From contig CDROCS010000506.1 of the NCBI GenBank assembly GCA_977020255.1, forward strand, positions 1,860,001-1,924,000: a stretch of DNA of 64,000 bases, in the 5' to 3' direction. Shown here in pieces: positions 19,424 through 30,055 of this stretch. The first letter of the stretch is position 1. The number at the start of each line of letters is the position of its first letter. The translations under genes were made by a program, and so were the position numbers. This DNA comes from Obrimoposthia wandeli. Lineage: Eukaryota. The notes under the pieces were generated by a model, which saw only the letters and a program-made list of their open reading frames with translations, made no database searches and was not told the origin of the DNA.

Positions 19424-20023
19424 TCAGCTTACCGTCGCGATATAATCAGCAATACCGTCAAGTAACATCTGTACTGATATCATCACTAATAACATACCCA
19501 TCAAACGTTCTACAGCCGCTAACCCTTTTTCACCAAGAATACGGTTAAAGCCTTCATAAAACATTAAAATAAACGCACTCAAGCCCCACGCAATAATTAA
19601 CGCAGCAGACCATTCAAACATTTTATCTGGATCTTGATGAGCTAATAACAACAGTGCAGCCAGAATTGAAGGGCCAGCCAACAAAGGGATCGCCATTGGC
19701 ACAATGAAGGGTTCTTCACCTGCCGCTAGGCCTGTTAAGCCCCCTTCAGTTGGAAAGATCATCTTAATTGCGATCAGGAATAAAATAATACCACCGGCGA
19801 TCCGCACAGCTTCTTGCTTTAAACTTAAGAAACCTAAGATCTTTTCACCTAGGAATAAGAATAACAGCATCACAAACAGTGCGATTAACAACTCACGGAT
19901 CATCACCGCACGTCGGCGTTTTTTATCAATATGTTTTAAGATAGACAAAAATATAGGTAGGTTACCTAGCGGATCCATGATCAAAAAAAGCATCACCGCT
20001 GCCGAGATTATTTCCATTTCCAT
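19424..20023 (-). CDS. MarC-family inner membrane protein (YhgN-like)
   Basis: LFLIMDPLGNLPIF, IVPMAIPLLAGP, ERLMGMLL. Confidence 0.92.
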   Translation of the reverse strand: MEMEIISAAVMLFLIMDPLGNLPIFLSILKHIDKKRRRAVMIRELLIALFVMLLFLFLGEKILGFLSLKQEAVRIAGGIILFLIAIKMIFPTEGGLTGLAAGEEPFIVPMAIPLLAGPSILAALLLLAHQDPDKMFEWSAALIIAWGLSAFILMFYEGFNRILGEKGLAAVERLMGMLLVMISVQMLLDGIADYIATVS

Positions 20024-20049
20024 TAACTTAAACTCCCTAAATCATGCGG

Positions 20050-20634
20050 TTAACTCAGCGCTTTAGCCAGTAAAGCTTGCTGGTCAACTGTAAACGGTAA
20101 TTTTAATGCCGCCTCATGACCTTTTTCTGACATTTTAGCCCATGTCTTTTGCACTATCACTATCAGTTTTTCTGGCGTATGTTTTTCTGCAAAAGCGCTA
20201 AAATAATGCTTTAAGAATACCAAACAAATGACATCTTCGAGTGCTTGAACTTGCGGATCACGCTTTATTTTTTCTTTGCGTAACATGCGGCCAATCGCTT
20301 GTACTTCGCCTTCTGCACAACCGACTTGCACTGCTATCGCCATCGCTTCTTCTGCATGTAAACGACCCAGAGACTGGCGCCATTTATAATAGCCTTCACG
20401 GCCAAGAGGATGATCGCTACGTGGAATGCTCCAACGTTTAATATGCTGAGCACGAGCAGCTATTTGTAATGCAGTAGAGGCTTCTGGCATAAATTCAGCC
20501 AAACATTCACTCATACGAATACCGTATAGCCATTCTTTTGGCTGGGCTACGCCATCAACGAGTTCAGTGACTGGATCACATTGATTTATTTGATCGATTA
20601 ATTCTATTGCTTGCTGTATCCGTTGCTCTGACAT
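20050..20634 (-). CDS. DUF4202-family protein
   Basis: ID..N..DP, KE.LYG.RM, A.RAQHI.RW.IPR..., QALEDVICLVFL, KTW.KMS..GH.AAL. Confidence 0.8.
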   Translation of the reverse strand: MSEQRIQQAIELIDQINQCDPVTELVDGVAQPKEWLYGIRMSECLAEFMPEASTALQIAARAQHIKRWSIPRSDHPLGREGYYKWRQSLGRLHAEEAMAIAVQVGCAEGEVQAIGRMLRKEKIKRDPQVQALEDVICLVFLKHYFSAFAEKHTPEKLIVIVQKTWAKMSEKGHEAALKLPFTVDQQALLAKALS

Positions 20635-20730
20635 GACATCCTCGTTATCAGTATGGTTATTTTATCTATACTAACAAAGCAGAGCCTGAGTTACTGCTAA
20701 AGTCTCGGAAAATAAGCAATAAATAACACA

Positions 20731-21534
20731 TCATTCCTTATGATCGATCTGTGAAGGTGGGTGCGGTTCGATATTTTCACCATAAAAATAACCGACTACA
20801 GCGCCAGCTAATTTTGATTTTGCCGAAACGGCTATCGACTCATTACCCGAGCCGTTCCCCAAAATAGCAACATCATCGAAAGAAGATGCAAAAAGATCAT
20901 CTAGTGCTACAACATGAGAATGCATATGCTCACCTTTTAATACACCTGTTGCACTGGGTAATTTAGCGGCTAACTCTTTCACTTCATCAAGTTGTTTTAA
21001 ACGTAATAGATCCGCGAGTGCAGTTTTAATGGTGTAGTTAATCTCTGCAAGTTGCCGACGATCATCAATATCGAGCGTCGTTTTGGCCAAGATAGCCTGA
21101 CGTAATAATAACAATTCGGCAATAATCGTTTCAGGTGGTTGCGCCATATCAATCGGTAATCGGCAACGTTCAAACCCGGTATTACTACTATCATCTTCAT
21201 TGCTAACATGTTCGATCACGATTGATTCGTTATCTTCATTATCAGTGAATTGTGATGGATCTCGAGTCGACTTTCGCTTGCGGTCAGGATCGCTTTTCTT
21301 CGGGTTATAATTGAGAAGATCTTTTTCTGCAGTACTATCATTCGTTGAAGCGGTAGCACTTTCAGGGGTAACAGCAGGGGTGATTTCACGTTTTTCAGCG
21401 TCACGCTCTACCGCAGCAGTCGTCGGGTTTAATGCATTCGGAATAGCGGTAGGTGGCGGGATCACTAACGCCATATATCTGCCACATTGTGAGAGATAGT
21501 ATAAGGATAAGTTATATTTACACTTTTCAGACAA
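20731..21534 (-). CDS. Hypothetical protein, possibly a degenerate CJM1_0395/SprA-related family member
   Basis: Long ORF, low-complexity N-terminus, central ID...PE.II.....R.A.LA......D segment. The start may be the ATG at 21474. Confidence 0.5.
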   Translation of the reverse strand: MSEKCKYNLSLYYLSQCGRYMALVIPPPTAIPNALNPTTAAVERDAEKREITPAVTPESATASTNDSTAEKDLLNYNPKKSDPDRKRKSTRDPSQFTDNEDNESIVIEHVSNEDDSSNTGFERCRLPIDMAQPPETIIAELLLLRQAILAKTTLDIDDRRQLAEINYTIKTALADLLRLKQLDEVKELAAKLPSATGVLKGEHMHSHVVALDDLFASSFDDVAILGNGSGNESIAVSAKSKLAGAVVGYFYGENIEPHPPSQIDHKE

Positions 21535-21658
21535 GACATTTTAACAGCTAACCGTGTGAACATATCCCCTCCTATTATCATTAATAGCCATCACTAATTA
21601 TCAATAGTTATCACTCATAGTAGCACCTTAAAATAATCTCAGTGACGCTCGCTTAAGT

Positions 21659-22495
21659 TTATAACGAATTCTTGACGAATGTCTGCAATTTATCAACAAA
21701 AAGCCCAGGTTCTGAAATAAACGGTGCATGTGACGACGCCTTAAATATCAGACTCGGTGATTGTGGTAGGTAATTATCCATCCAAGCTACTGTTGCTTGT
21801 GGTACCAGTGAATCTAAACGACCATAACAACGATAAAAAGGCATTGCTAGTGAAGGTAAATCAGCACGTAAGTCGACCTTCTCCAATAGCCCTAAACCAT
21901 TGCTTAGCGCATATTCATGTGGTTGTGGTCTGGCTGCTAATAAGGATTTTAATTGCTTAATATCTTGTTTCGCCGTCTCACTCCCCATTCCCTGAATAGC
22001 TAGGAATCGGTTAATTGTTTGTGGTAAATTTTCTTGTAACTGTTGCTGAAATTGCGCTAATACTTTTTCAGCAATACCAGACCAAGCAGGTGTATCATCC
22101 ATTTGCGCCGTTGCCATAAACTTCGGTGAACTAGCAACCGTAATTAACGCAGCGACACGTTGCGGATATTGCAGCGCAAAATGTGTCGCACAAAGCCCGC
22201 CTAACGACCAACCTAACCAAACAGCATGCGCAGGGACGACATCGACTAATGCATTGGTGATATCGACTAACGTACTGCTCGCAGCGTAACTGTCATGACT
22301 AAAACCAAAACCAGGTAGATCAATTAAATGTAAGCGATAATGCACAGATAATAATGGTACAACAGATTGCCAGCACGCACTATTTAACCCCCAACCATGC
22401 AATAACACTAAATCTGGGCCATCACCAACAACTTCAACATGCAACTTTGTGCAAGGACTTACATTTTTACTTTCTTTGGCGATAAGGTCTGGCAT
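21659..22495 (-). CDS. bioH: Pimeloyl-ACP methyl ester carboxylesterase
   Basis: LVLLHGWGLN, DLPGFG, GWSLGG nucleophile elbow, G.LD.LVP, HAPFIS. Confidence 0.95.
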   Translation of the reverse strand: MPDLIAKESKNVSPCTKLHVEVVGDGPDLVLLHGWGLNSACWQSVVPLLSVHYRLHLIDLPGFGFSHDSYAASSTLVDITNALVDVVPAHAVWLGWSLGGLCATHFALQYPQRVAALITVASSPKFMATAQMDDTPAWSGIAEKVLAQFQQQLQENLPQTINRFLAIQGMGSETAKQDIKQLKSLLAARPQPHEYALSNGLGLLEKVDLRADLPSLAMPFYRCYGRLDSLVPQATVAWMDNYLPQSPSLIFKASSHAPFISEPGLFVDKLQTFVKNSL

Positions 22496-22562
22496 TTGAT
22501 CCTACACTTGAGCAATTATTTCGAGCCATGAGGATATACTAATCAAACCTGTAGATACAACT

Positions 22563-23282
22563 ATGATACGCAGATTCAGTATGACATTGTTACAGCCTCG
22601 TTGTTATTTATGCGATATGCCTATCGACAATCCACAACCTTTCCTGTGCTTATTATGCCAACAAGAACTGCCCTACTTACCGCCTTTTCATTGCCGTCGT
22701 TGTGCGTTACCACAAGGTAAAAACCAGCAACAACAAACATGCAAAGAATGCCAACAACAGCCTCCGCCATGGCAGCAATTAATGACTTGCATGAGTTATA
22801 CCTTAGAATGCCAATACTTAATTAAACAATATAAATTTGCGCAACAACCCCAACTGCACTTACTCTTTTCACAGTTGCTAAGTCGTTGCATCGCCAATAA
22901 AGTCATACAAGATAACTATCATTTACCCGATGCGCTTATTGCTATTCCCTTACATAAAAAGCGTCAGTCAAAACGTGGTTACAATCAAGCTCAGTTAGTC
23001 GCTAAGGATTTGGCAACGCAACTGAAAATACCACTGATCACCGAAGGTACACTTATTCGCACTAGAAATACTAAAGCACAAGCGCAACAAACGGCAAACC
23101 AACGAAAAGGCAATATGCGCGGTGTATTTCAAGTGACCCAAGCGATAAACGCGAAACATATCGCCATTATTGATGATGTCGTCACGACAGGCGAGACAAT
23201 GCAAGCCGCTTGTCAGACGTTATTAATAGCAGGGGTAGAACGTATTGATATATGGTGTATCGCCAGAACATTAGCGGATTAG
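22563..23282 (+). CDS. comF: Competence protein ComF/GntX (zinc ribbon + phosphoribosyltransferase)
   Basis: Several CxxC pairs, IPLH..R...RGYNQ, IIDDVVTTG.T. Confidence 0.93.
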   Translation: MIRRFSMTLLQPRCYLCDMPIDNPQPFLCLLCQQELPYLPPFHCRRCALPQGKNQQQQTCKECQQQPPPWQQLMTCMSYTLECQYLIKQYKFAQQPQLHLLFSQLLSRCIANKVIQDNYHLPDALIAIPLHKKRQSKRGYNQAQLVAKDLATQLKIPLITEGTLIRTRNTKAQAQQTANQRKGNMRGVFQVTQAINAKHIAIIDDVVTTGETMQAACQTLLIAGVERIDIWCIARTLAD

Positions 23283-23313
23283 TGGTTTATCATCAGGAAT
23301 AGCGTTACAATTA

Positions 23314-23338
23314 AAGACATAGTAAATTAGTCAGGTAT
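23314..23338 (+). promoter_or_regulatory. Putative IscR type-1 site upstream of nfuA
   Basis: aagacatagtaaattAGTCAGGTAT, 19/25 against ATASYYGACTRWWWYAGTCRRSTAT with a perfect right half. Confidence 0.6.
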
Positions 23339-23353
23339 AACAAAGAGGACATC

Positions 23354-23932
23354 ATGATAACAATTACTGAAGCGGCACAAACTCACTTTGTAAAATTACT
23401 TAGCAACCAAAAAGACGGCACTAACATTCGTGTATTCGTCGTAAATCCAGGCACAGCAAATGCAGAGTGTGGCGTATCATATTGTCCACCTGAAGCAATC
23501 GAAAGCACTGATATTGTATTACCATTCAGCGGTTTTGATGCATTAATTGATGACATGAGCAAACCATTCTTAACTGATGCTTATATCGATTTTGTTACTG
23601 ACAAAATGGGTTCTCAATTAACGTTGAAAGCGCCAAACGCAAAAGTACGCGCAGTTGCTGATGACGCTCCATTGGCTGAACGCGTAGAATACGTGATCCA
23701 AACTGAAGTTAATCCACAACTTGCAGGCCACGGTGGTAACGTAGTATTAACTGAGATCACTGACGACGGTATTGCAATTTTGCAGTTCGGCGGCGGTTGT
23801 AACGGTTGTAGCCAAGTAGACTTTACGTTGAAAGAAGGCATTGAAAAGCAGTTATTAGAATTGTTCCCTGAAGAACTAACTGCAGTTAAAGATGCAACAG
23901 AGCATCAAGCTGGTGAGCACTCTTACTACTAA
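23354..23932 (+). CDS. nfuA: Fe-S cluster biogenesis protein NfuA
   Basis: [34 protein letters not shown]. Confidence 0.97.
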   Translation: MITITEAAQTHFVKLLSNQKDGTNIRVFVVNPGTANAECGVSYCPPEAIESTDIVLPFSGFDALIDDMSKPFLTDAYIDFVTDKMGSQLTLKAPNAKVRAVADDAPLAERVEYVIQTEVNPQLAGHGGNVVLTEITDDGIAILQFGGGCNGCSQVDFTLKEGIEKQLLELFPEELTAVKDATEHQAGEHSYY

Positions 23933-24013
23933 GCCTATTGCGAAGAATTATTGGCTAGCTAGCTGACTAATAAAAAGTAGTAATAGAGTTCGATTTTAAA
24001 TAAATCGGCAATA

Positions 24014-24047
24014 AAAAAAAGTGACGGCTTTCGCTGTCACTTTTTTT
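24014..24047. terminator. Bidirectional terminator between nfuA and gpsA
   Basis: A7-GTGACGGC-tttc-GCTGTCAC-T7. Confidence 0.85.
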
Positions 24048-24075
24048 ATAAACAAAACTTATCTACAAAGAATAG

Positions 24076-25080
24076 TTATTCGCCTTTCTTATCTCGTGCT
24101 AACAAGTCCAATGCTGCTTCTTTAGCAGACTTATTCTCATATAACACTTGATAGATCTGCTCGGTAATTGGCATTTCAACACCAAGACGCGCAGATAACA
24201 AATAAACTTCTTTGGTATTACGATAACCTTCAACAACCTGACCTATCTCAACTTGTGCTTCATCAACGCCTTTACCTGCACCAAGTGCTAAGCCAAAACG
24301 ACGATTACGGCTTTGATTATCAGTACATGTCAGCACCAAATCACCCAAGCAAGACATACCCATAAAGGTATTTTTATCAGCACCGAGCGCTTCACCTAGG
24401 CGACATAATTCTGTCAAACCACGGGTAATTAAAGCAGTACGTGCGTTAGCACCAAAGCCAAGTCCATCAGATAAGCCTGCACCAATCGCGATCACGTTTT
24501 TTACCGCGCCGCCAAGTTGCACACCAATAAAATCATTATTGGTGTAGGTACGTAAACTACGGCCACAATGCAACAGATGTGAAATATCATCAGCAAACTT
24601 AGGGTCTGTTGATGAAATACTGATAGCAGTTGGTAAACCCGCCGCTAACTCTTTCGCAAATGTTGGCCCAGACAATACAGCTAACGGATAATGCGTACCG
24701 AGAATATCAGTCGCAACGTCTTGTAACAGACGCCCCGTTTCAGCTTCTAAGCCTTTCGTTGCCCAAGATATACGTGAATCATCACGTAAATAGGGTTTAA
24801 TCTGCGCTAATACATCACCAAAAACATGGCTAGGTACAACAATCAGAATATCTCGACTTGCCGCAATCGCTTGCTGCAGATCCGCTTCCAATATCAACGC
24901 ATCAGGAAAGGCAATACCAGGTAAATAGGCTTCGTTACTGCGCGCTTTAGCAAGTTCGGCAATGTGCTTAGGATTATGACCCCACAGCACTGTTTTATTA
25001 CCGTTACGCGCTAAAGACATAGCCAACGAGGTACCATAAGAACCTGCGCCCAATACTGTAATCAAGGCTGCATTAGTCAT
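24076..25080 (-). CDS. gpsA: Glycerol-3-phosphate dehydrogenase (NAD(P)+)
   Basis: [39 protein letters not shown]. Confidence 0.97.
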   Translation of the reverse strand: MTNAALITVLGAGSYGTSLAMSLARNGNKTVLWGHNPKHIAELAKARSNEAYLPGIAFPDALILEADLQQAIAASRDILIVVPSHVFGDVLAQIKPYLRDDSRISWATKGLEAETGRLLQDVATDILGTHYPLAVLSGPTFAKELAAGLPTAISISSTDPKFADDISHLLHCGRSLRTYTNNDFIGVQLGGAVKNVIAIGAGLSDGLGFGANARTALITRGLTELCRLGEALGADKNTFMGMSCLGDLVLTCTDNQSRNRRFGLALGAGKGVDEAQVEIGQVVEGYRNTKEVYLLSARLGVEMPITEQIYQVLYENKSAKEAALDLLARDKKGE

Positions 25081-25083
25081 CAC

Positions 25084-25557
25084 TTAAGAATCCAGTTTTT
25101 GCTCTGCAGGAACTTCAGCAGCTTGTTGTGCTTGTTGAACATAAGATGCAAATAAAGCATCGAAGTTAACTGGCGCAAGGTTAAGTTGTGGGAAAGAACC
25201 ACGACTTACTAAGCTAGCAATTGTTTCGCGTGCATATGGGAATAAGATGTTTGGACAGAAAGCACCTAGACAATGTGCTAGTTGGCCTTCGCTTAATTCG
25301 CCAACAGTAAAGATACCGGCTTGTTGAACTTCACATAAGAACGCTACTGTTTCGCCATCTTTAGCCGTTACAGTAAGTGATAATACAACTTCAAAAACGC
25401 CTTCACCCAGCTTAGAGCTGCGCGTATCAAGATCTAATTTAACTTCAGGTTTCCATTCTTGTTGGAAAATTGCTGGAGAATTAGGGCATTCAAAAGATAC
25501 GTCTTTAAGGTAAACACGTTGGATATTAAATTCTTGTTGGCTTGCTGATTCTGACAT
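25084..25557 (-). CDS. secB: Protein export chaperone SecB
   Basis: [36 protein letters not shown]. Confidence 0.98.
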   Translation of the reverse strand: MSESASQQEFNIQRVYLKDVSFECPNSPAIFQQEWKPEVKLDLDTRSSKLGEGVFEVVLSLTVTAKDGETVAFLCEVQQAGIFTVGELSEGQLAHCLGAFCPNILFPYARETIASLVSRGSFPQLNLAPVNFDALFASYVQQAQQAAEVPAEQKLDS

Positions 25558-25626
25558 AAGTAAATTCCAATATTTTATTGATTCAAACTGAATAATTAAT
25601 TTCTTGTATACTTGTCTGGTTAACGC

Positions 25627-26055
25627 TTATTTTTTAACAGTCGGTAAGTTCGCTTCTTGCCAACTTGCCATACCACCAGATAAATTATAAACAGAAGTAA
25701 AGTCCATTTTCGCTAGACGATTCGCAGCGCGGCCTGAACTCATTCCTGTGTCACACATAACGATGATTGGGGTGTTTTTGTATTTTTCAATCATCGCTAC
25801 CTTATTTGCTTCAATATCAGCAGTAGGAACGTTAATTGCTTTTAAAATATGTGACTTACGATAATGTTCTGCTGCTCGTACATCAACAATAATAGCATTT
25901 TCTTTATTCATTAAAGTTGTCGCTTCATGGTTATTCACCGACTTAACTTTAGACATAGCACTGCTGCCAAATGAGTAAATAAGGAAACCAGCAATAGCTA
26001 CCCAAGCGAGAGATAAGGCTGGATTATTTGAAGCAAATTCAATATATTCTTGCAT
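25627..26055 (-). CDS. Rhodanese-like domain protein (YibN-like)
   Basis: N-terminal TM, VDVR...Y...HI..AIN, L.GGMA.W..ANLP; upstream of secB. Confidence 0.9.
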   Translation of the reverse strand: MQEYIEFASNNPALSLAWVAIAGFLIYSFGSSAMSKVKSVNNHEATTLMNKENAIIVDVRAAEHYRKSHILKAINVPTADIEANKVAMIEKYKNTPIIVMCDTGMSSGRAANRLAKMDFTSVYNLSGGMASWQEANLPTVKK

Positions 26056-26235
26056 GTGATTATGACTCTAAGATTTAATATTAATGGATTATTGTCAACG
26101 GAGTATACATGTGACAAGGAATAAAAGCAGCTCAATAATAAATTCCTCACAGCCGTCATCAATAGTTAAATAATAAAATGAATAACGTTTTTTCTATAAT
26201 TAAGCTAACTCTTCAGTACATGAAACAGGAGGGAA

Positions 26236-26250
26236 TGTAGTAATATTACC
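26236..26250 (+). promoter_or_regulatory. Putative HexR site 1 upstream of gpmI
   Basis: TGTAGTAATATTACC against consensus TGTAATwwwATTACA. Confidence 0.5.
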
Positions 26251-26320
26251 GATATTAACGATTAAATATCTCTAATACTCTACCTGGATCATAAATATTA
26301 GCCAGTTTGGCCACTGAAAG

Positions 26321-26335
26321 TGTAGTAATATTCCT
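26321..26335 (+). promoter_or_regulatory. Putative HexR site 2 upstream of gpmI
   Basis: TGTAGTAATATTCCT; shares 12 bp with site 1. Confidence 0.4.
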
Positions 26336-26367
26336 ATATTTAAATTAAATAACCGAGAGGTAAACTC

Positions 26368-27900
26368 ATGTCTAAGGCTAAGAAAACAATTGCACTTATC
26401 ATTATGGATGGCTGGGGCCACCGTCTTGACCAACAAAATAATGCAATTGCTAGTGCAAAAACACCGATTTTAGATAAGCTTTGGCAAGATTGTCCAAGCA
26501 TGTTGATCTCGAGCTCAGGTTTAGATGTGGGCCTACCCGATGGTCAAATGGGCAACTCAGAAGTTGGTCACGTCAATATTGGTGCTGGTCGTATCGTTTA
26601 TCAAGATTTAACTAAAATCGACAAATCAATTGCTGACGGTGAGTTTAGTCACAACCCTGTATTAGTTAAAGCTGTTGCAGGCGCTGTAGCAAATGATAAA
26701 GCAGTACATATTTTAGGTTTAGCATCACCAGGTGGCGTACACAGCCACGATGATCAAATGGTTGCGATGATCGACATGGCAGCTAAACAAGGTGCAACAA
26801 AGATTTATCTACATGCATTCTTAGATGGTCGTGATACACCGCCACGTAGTGCGCAAGCTACATTAGAAAAATTTGATGCCAAATTTGCTGAAGTTGGTGT
26901 TGGTAAAACAGCAACATTAATTGGCCGTTACTTTGCAATGGATCGTGATAATCGCTGGGATCGTGTTGAAGAAGCATATAACTTATTCACTCAAGCACAA
27001 GCACTGCATAAAGCCGATAGCGCGATTGCAGGTCTAGAAGCTGCATATGCTCGAGATGAAAATGATGAGTTTGTGAAAGCGACAGTGATTGGCGAATCAG
27101 CGCCGATTGTTGATGGTGACGCCGTTATCTTCATGAACTTCCGTGCCGATCGCGCCCGTGAAATCACGCGTGCATTCGTTGATACTGATTTCACTGGATT
27201 TGAGCGAGCTACAGTACCAGCATTATCTGACTTTGTTATGCTAACAGAATATGCAGCAAGCATTGATGCAAGCGTAGCCTTCCCATCAGATAAACTAGTT
27301 AACACGCTAGGCTCAATACTTGAGCAGAATAACAAAACTCAGTTACGTATTTCTGAAACTGAAAAATATGCGCATGTAACCTTCTTCTTTAATGGCGGTT
27401 TGGAAGATGCATTTGTTGGTGAAGACAGAGAGTTAATCCCATCACCACAAGTAGCGACTTACGACTTACAACCAGAAATGAATTCAGAAATGCTAACAGA
27501 TAAGTTAGTTGCAGCAATCGAAAGCGGTAAATACGACGCTATCATCTGTAATTACCCGAATGGCGATATGGTTGGTCACACGGGTGTATTTGATGCTGCG
27601 GTACAAGCATGTGAAGCAGTCGATAGATCTATTGGTCGTGTTGTTGAAGCGCTAGAAAAAGTCGGTGGTGAATGCTTGATCACAGCCGATCATGGTAACG
27701 CTGAAATGATGGTAAACCCTGAAACTGGTGGTATTCACACTGCACATACAAACTTGCCAGTACCACTGATCTATTTTGGTCGTGATGCAGAACCAGCAGA
27801 AACAGGTCGCCTATGTGATTTAGCGCCAACGTTACTGACTTTACTTGGTCAAGAAATTCCGACTGAAATGACTGGTAACAATCTAATGAATCTGAAATAA
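26368..27900 (+). CDS. gpmI: 2,3-bisphosphoglycerate-independent phosphoglycerate mutase
   Basis: [55 protein letters not shown]. Confidence 0.98.
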   Translation: MSKAKKTIALIIMDGWGHRLDQQNNAIASAKTPILDKLWQDCPSMLISSSGLDVGLPDGQMGNSEVGHVNIGAGRIVYQDLTKIDKSIADGEFSHNPVLVKAVAGAVANDKAVHILGLASPGGVHSHDDQMVAMIDMAAKQGATKIYLHAFLDGRDTPPRSAQATLEKFDAKFAEVGVGKTATLIGRYFAMDRDNRWDRVEEAYNLFTQAQALHKADSAIAGLEAAYARDENDEFVKATVIGESAPIVDGDAVIFMNFRADRAREITRAFVDTDFTGFERATVPALSDFVMLTEYAASIDASVAFPSDKLVNTLGSILEQNNKTQLRISETEKYAHVTFFFNGGLEDAFVGEDRELIPSPQVATYDLQPEMNSEMLTDKLVAAIESGKYDAIICNYPNGDMVGHTGVFDAAVQACEAVDRSIGRVVEALEKVGGECLITADHGNAEMMVNPETGGIHTAHTNLPVPLIYFGRDAEPAETGRLCDLAPTLLTLLGQEIPTEMTGNNLMNLK

Positions 27901-27929
27901 TCGTTTCCCTACGGGGAAAGGGTAACGTC

Positions 27930-29087
27930 ATGACATTTATTAAAAACAGCATGGCCTATAGCGTTATAGGCCTGCTGATATTACTTTCATTAAACACTTA
28001 TGCAGCCAATAATCAATCCGAACTGAATCAACTTCGCAATCAGATCAAAGTCCAAGACGCATCTATCAAAAAGCAGCATCGCTATTTAAATGATCTGTCA
28101 AAGCAAACTCAAAGTACCGATCGCGCTATTAGTAAAGTCGCCGCACAACTCAGTAATACCGAATCTCTAATTACTAATATAGAGCAAGATCTTAGCGCGC
28201 TAGTCATAAAACAAAAAGCGTTATTAAAAAGTAAAAAGAAACAGCAAAATATCCTTTCCGCACAAATCGAAACAGCCTATTTAAGCGGTAATAATGATTA
28301 TTTGAAACTGCTTCTTAATCAGCAAAACAGTAATGAAATAGAGCGTTCGCTGGTTTATTATCAACATCTGCATGCTGCACGCGCAGCCTCAATTGCTGAA
28401 TTTAATGACACCCTGGCTGGCATTGAAAAAAATGAAGCTGAACAAGAAAAAATAAAGCAGCAATTACTTGTAATCAAAACCTCACAACAACAAAAATCCA
28501 AGCAATTAGCACAGCAAAAATCGCAGCAGAAGAAAAGTAATAGAAATATTGCTTACAGTATTAACAAGCAGAAAAAAACACGAACAGAATTAGGTATTGC
28601 AGCACAGAAATTAAAACAACAAATTGCGTTATTACAAAAACAACAGCAAATCGCGTTATTAAAGAAACAGCAAAGCGCGCAGATATCGTTATCTGGCTTG
28701 AAACAATACAAAGGTAAATTAGACTGGCCGATAAAAGGCAAAGTACTGCATAACTTTAACAGTAAGCGCTTTAATAATGTCAGCTGGCGTGGATTGGTAA
28801 TCAGCGCAAATGAAGGCAGTAAAGTCAGAGCAGTAAGCGCTGGCAAAGTGGTCTTTGCCGATTGGTTACGTGGATTCGGTATGGTCACAATTATCGACCA
28901 TGGTAAAGGTTATATGAGCTTATATGGTCACAACCAAACTTTACTTAAAGTCACCGGTGAAAAAGTACGTAAAGGTGATGTTATCTCATTAGCCGGTCGC
29001 AGTGGCGGTCAGCTAGAGTCTGGCGTTTACTTCGAGATACGCCACAAAGGTAAAGCCGTAAACCCACGCTCATGGCTGAAGCGTTAA
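27930..29087 (+). CDS. envC: Murein hydrolase activator EnvC (coiled coil + M23 domain)
   Basis: Signal peptide, long coiled coil, WP..G, ADWLRGFG...IIDHG.GYMSLYGHNQ, YFEIRH.G.AVNP; follows gpmI. Confidence 0.92.
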   Translation: MTFIKNSMAYSVIGLLILLSLNTYAANNQSELNQLRNQIKVQDASIKKQHRYLNDLSKQTQSTDRAISKVAAQLSNTESLITNIEQDLSALVIKQKALLKSKKKQQNILSAQIETAYLSGNNDYLKLLLNQQNSNEIERSLVYYQHLHAARAASIAEFNDTLAGIEKNEAEQEKIKQQLLVIKTSQQQKSKQLAQQKSQQKKSNRNIAYSINKQKKTRTELGIAAQKLKQQIALLQKQQQIALLKKQQSAQISLSGLKQYKGKLDWPIKGKVLHNFNSKRFNNVSWRGLVISANEGSKVRAVSAGKVVFADWLRGFGMVTIIDHGKGYMSLYGHNQTLLKVTGEKVRKGDVISLAGRSGGQLESGVYFEIRHKGKAVNPRSWLKR

Positions 29088-29091
29088 TCAA

Positions 29092-29346
29092 CTAGATTGC
29101 AGTTTGTATTTCTAGATCCGTAATCAAGTACAAAGCTTGATCACGGTTTTCACCACAGACATCATTAGTAGCCTTGAATGTATCGCATAATGCCGGACGT
29201 TCAGGGTCAGTAAATATCAAACACAGATTATCTGCTGATAAGTTAATACAACGCACACCTGCTGGTTTCCCATCTGGCATACCCGGTATATAACTGGTAA
29301 TACTTGGCGCTTCACAACAAGCGCCACAATTCATTCTGCATTGCAT
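29092..29346 (-). CDS. YkgJ-family cysteine cluster protein
   Basis: MQCRMNCGACC.APSI...PGMP.GKPAGVRC..L...C..F..P.RP..C. Start moved to ATG 29346. Confidence 0.85.
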   Translation of the reverse strand: MQCRMNCGACCEAPSITSYIPGMPDGKPAGVRCINLSADNLCLIFTDPERPALCDTFKATNDVCGENRDQALYLITDLEIQTAI

Positions 29347-29412
29347 AAAACAAACCTTAAATAACTCATGATTATAGCGTAATATCACTCTGCATCTAAA
29401 AAAGGGAACAGC

Positions 29413-29832
29413 ATGAGATTATCAGCATTTACCGTAACCGAGTCTACACCCCAGTTACTTATTGATATGACTAAATTGTATCGACCATATGAATCGAACG
29501 AGACAGTGGTCCAAAACAAGTTTAATGAATTGCTTCAAGATAACAAGCAGACACTGTTTGTTGCTAAGTTTAATGATCGCCACATTGGTGGGCTAATCAT
29601 GCAAGATAACGGCTCAGAACTAGTGCTAGACTGTATTGCAGTTAGAGATATCACTCAACTGCGTGGTGTTGGTAAATATCTTATCCAACAAGCTATCGAA
29701 CATGCTAAAACACATGCTTTCGATTCCGTAACAGTAACAAATAGCGAGAACATCAGCACAGAATTATCTGCATTCTTAATTCATCACGGTTTTTCTGCGA
29801 CTGGCTCAACATTTAGTATTAACTGTAAATAA
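29413..29832 (+). CDS. panM: Aspartate 1-decarboxylase maturation factor PanM/PanZ (GNAT fold)
   Basis: MRLS...D..K.Y, LFVAKFNDR, L..IAVR..T..RGVG.YL. Confidence 0.75.
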   Translation: MRLSAFTVTESTPQLLIDMTKLYRPYESNETVVQNKFNELLQDNKQTLFVAKFNDRHIGGLIMQDNGSELVLDCIAVRDITQLRGVGKYLIQQAIEHAKTHAFDSVTVTNSENISTELSAFLIHHGFSATGSTFSINCK

Positions 29833-29874
29833 GCAGTTACTCAATCAATTTAGTCGATATAAATTTTAGGTATA

Positions 29875-29907
29875 AAAAAAGCCGATATCAATGATATCGG
29901 CTTTTTT
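29875..29907. terminator. Bidirectional terminator ending the rRNA operon and panM
   Basis: AAAAAAGCCGATATC-aat-GATATCGGCTTTTTT, perfect inverted repeat. Confidence 0.85.
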
Positions 29908-29936
29908 CTTCAAGATATAATCTTGAATTGAATTGG

Positions 29937-30055
29937 AGTTTGGCGATGCTCTACTCTCACATGGGGAAACCCCACACTACCATCGACGTTATTACGTTTC
30001 ACTACTGAGTTCGGAATGGAATCAGGTGGTACCGCAACACTATGGTCACCAAACA
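29937..30055 (-). rRNA. rrf: 5S rRNA (distal copy)
   Basis: Reverse complement TGTTTGGTGACCATAG...CCGAACTCAGTAGTGAAACG...GATGGTAGTGTGGGG...CCAAACT. Ends approximate. Confidence 0.95.

Noticed and set aside
21570-21590. Fur-box-like TAATGATAAT between the hypothetical gene and bioH
   Set aside because: Only about 10/19 matches in AT-rich DNA, with no iron-related gene downstream.
25558-25626. grxC absent between the rhodanese gene and secB, and cysE absent after gpsA
   Set aside because: These genes vary commonly in this cluster outside enterobacteria; not informative alone.
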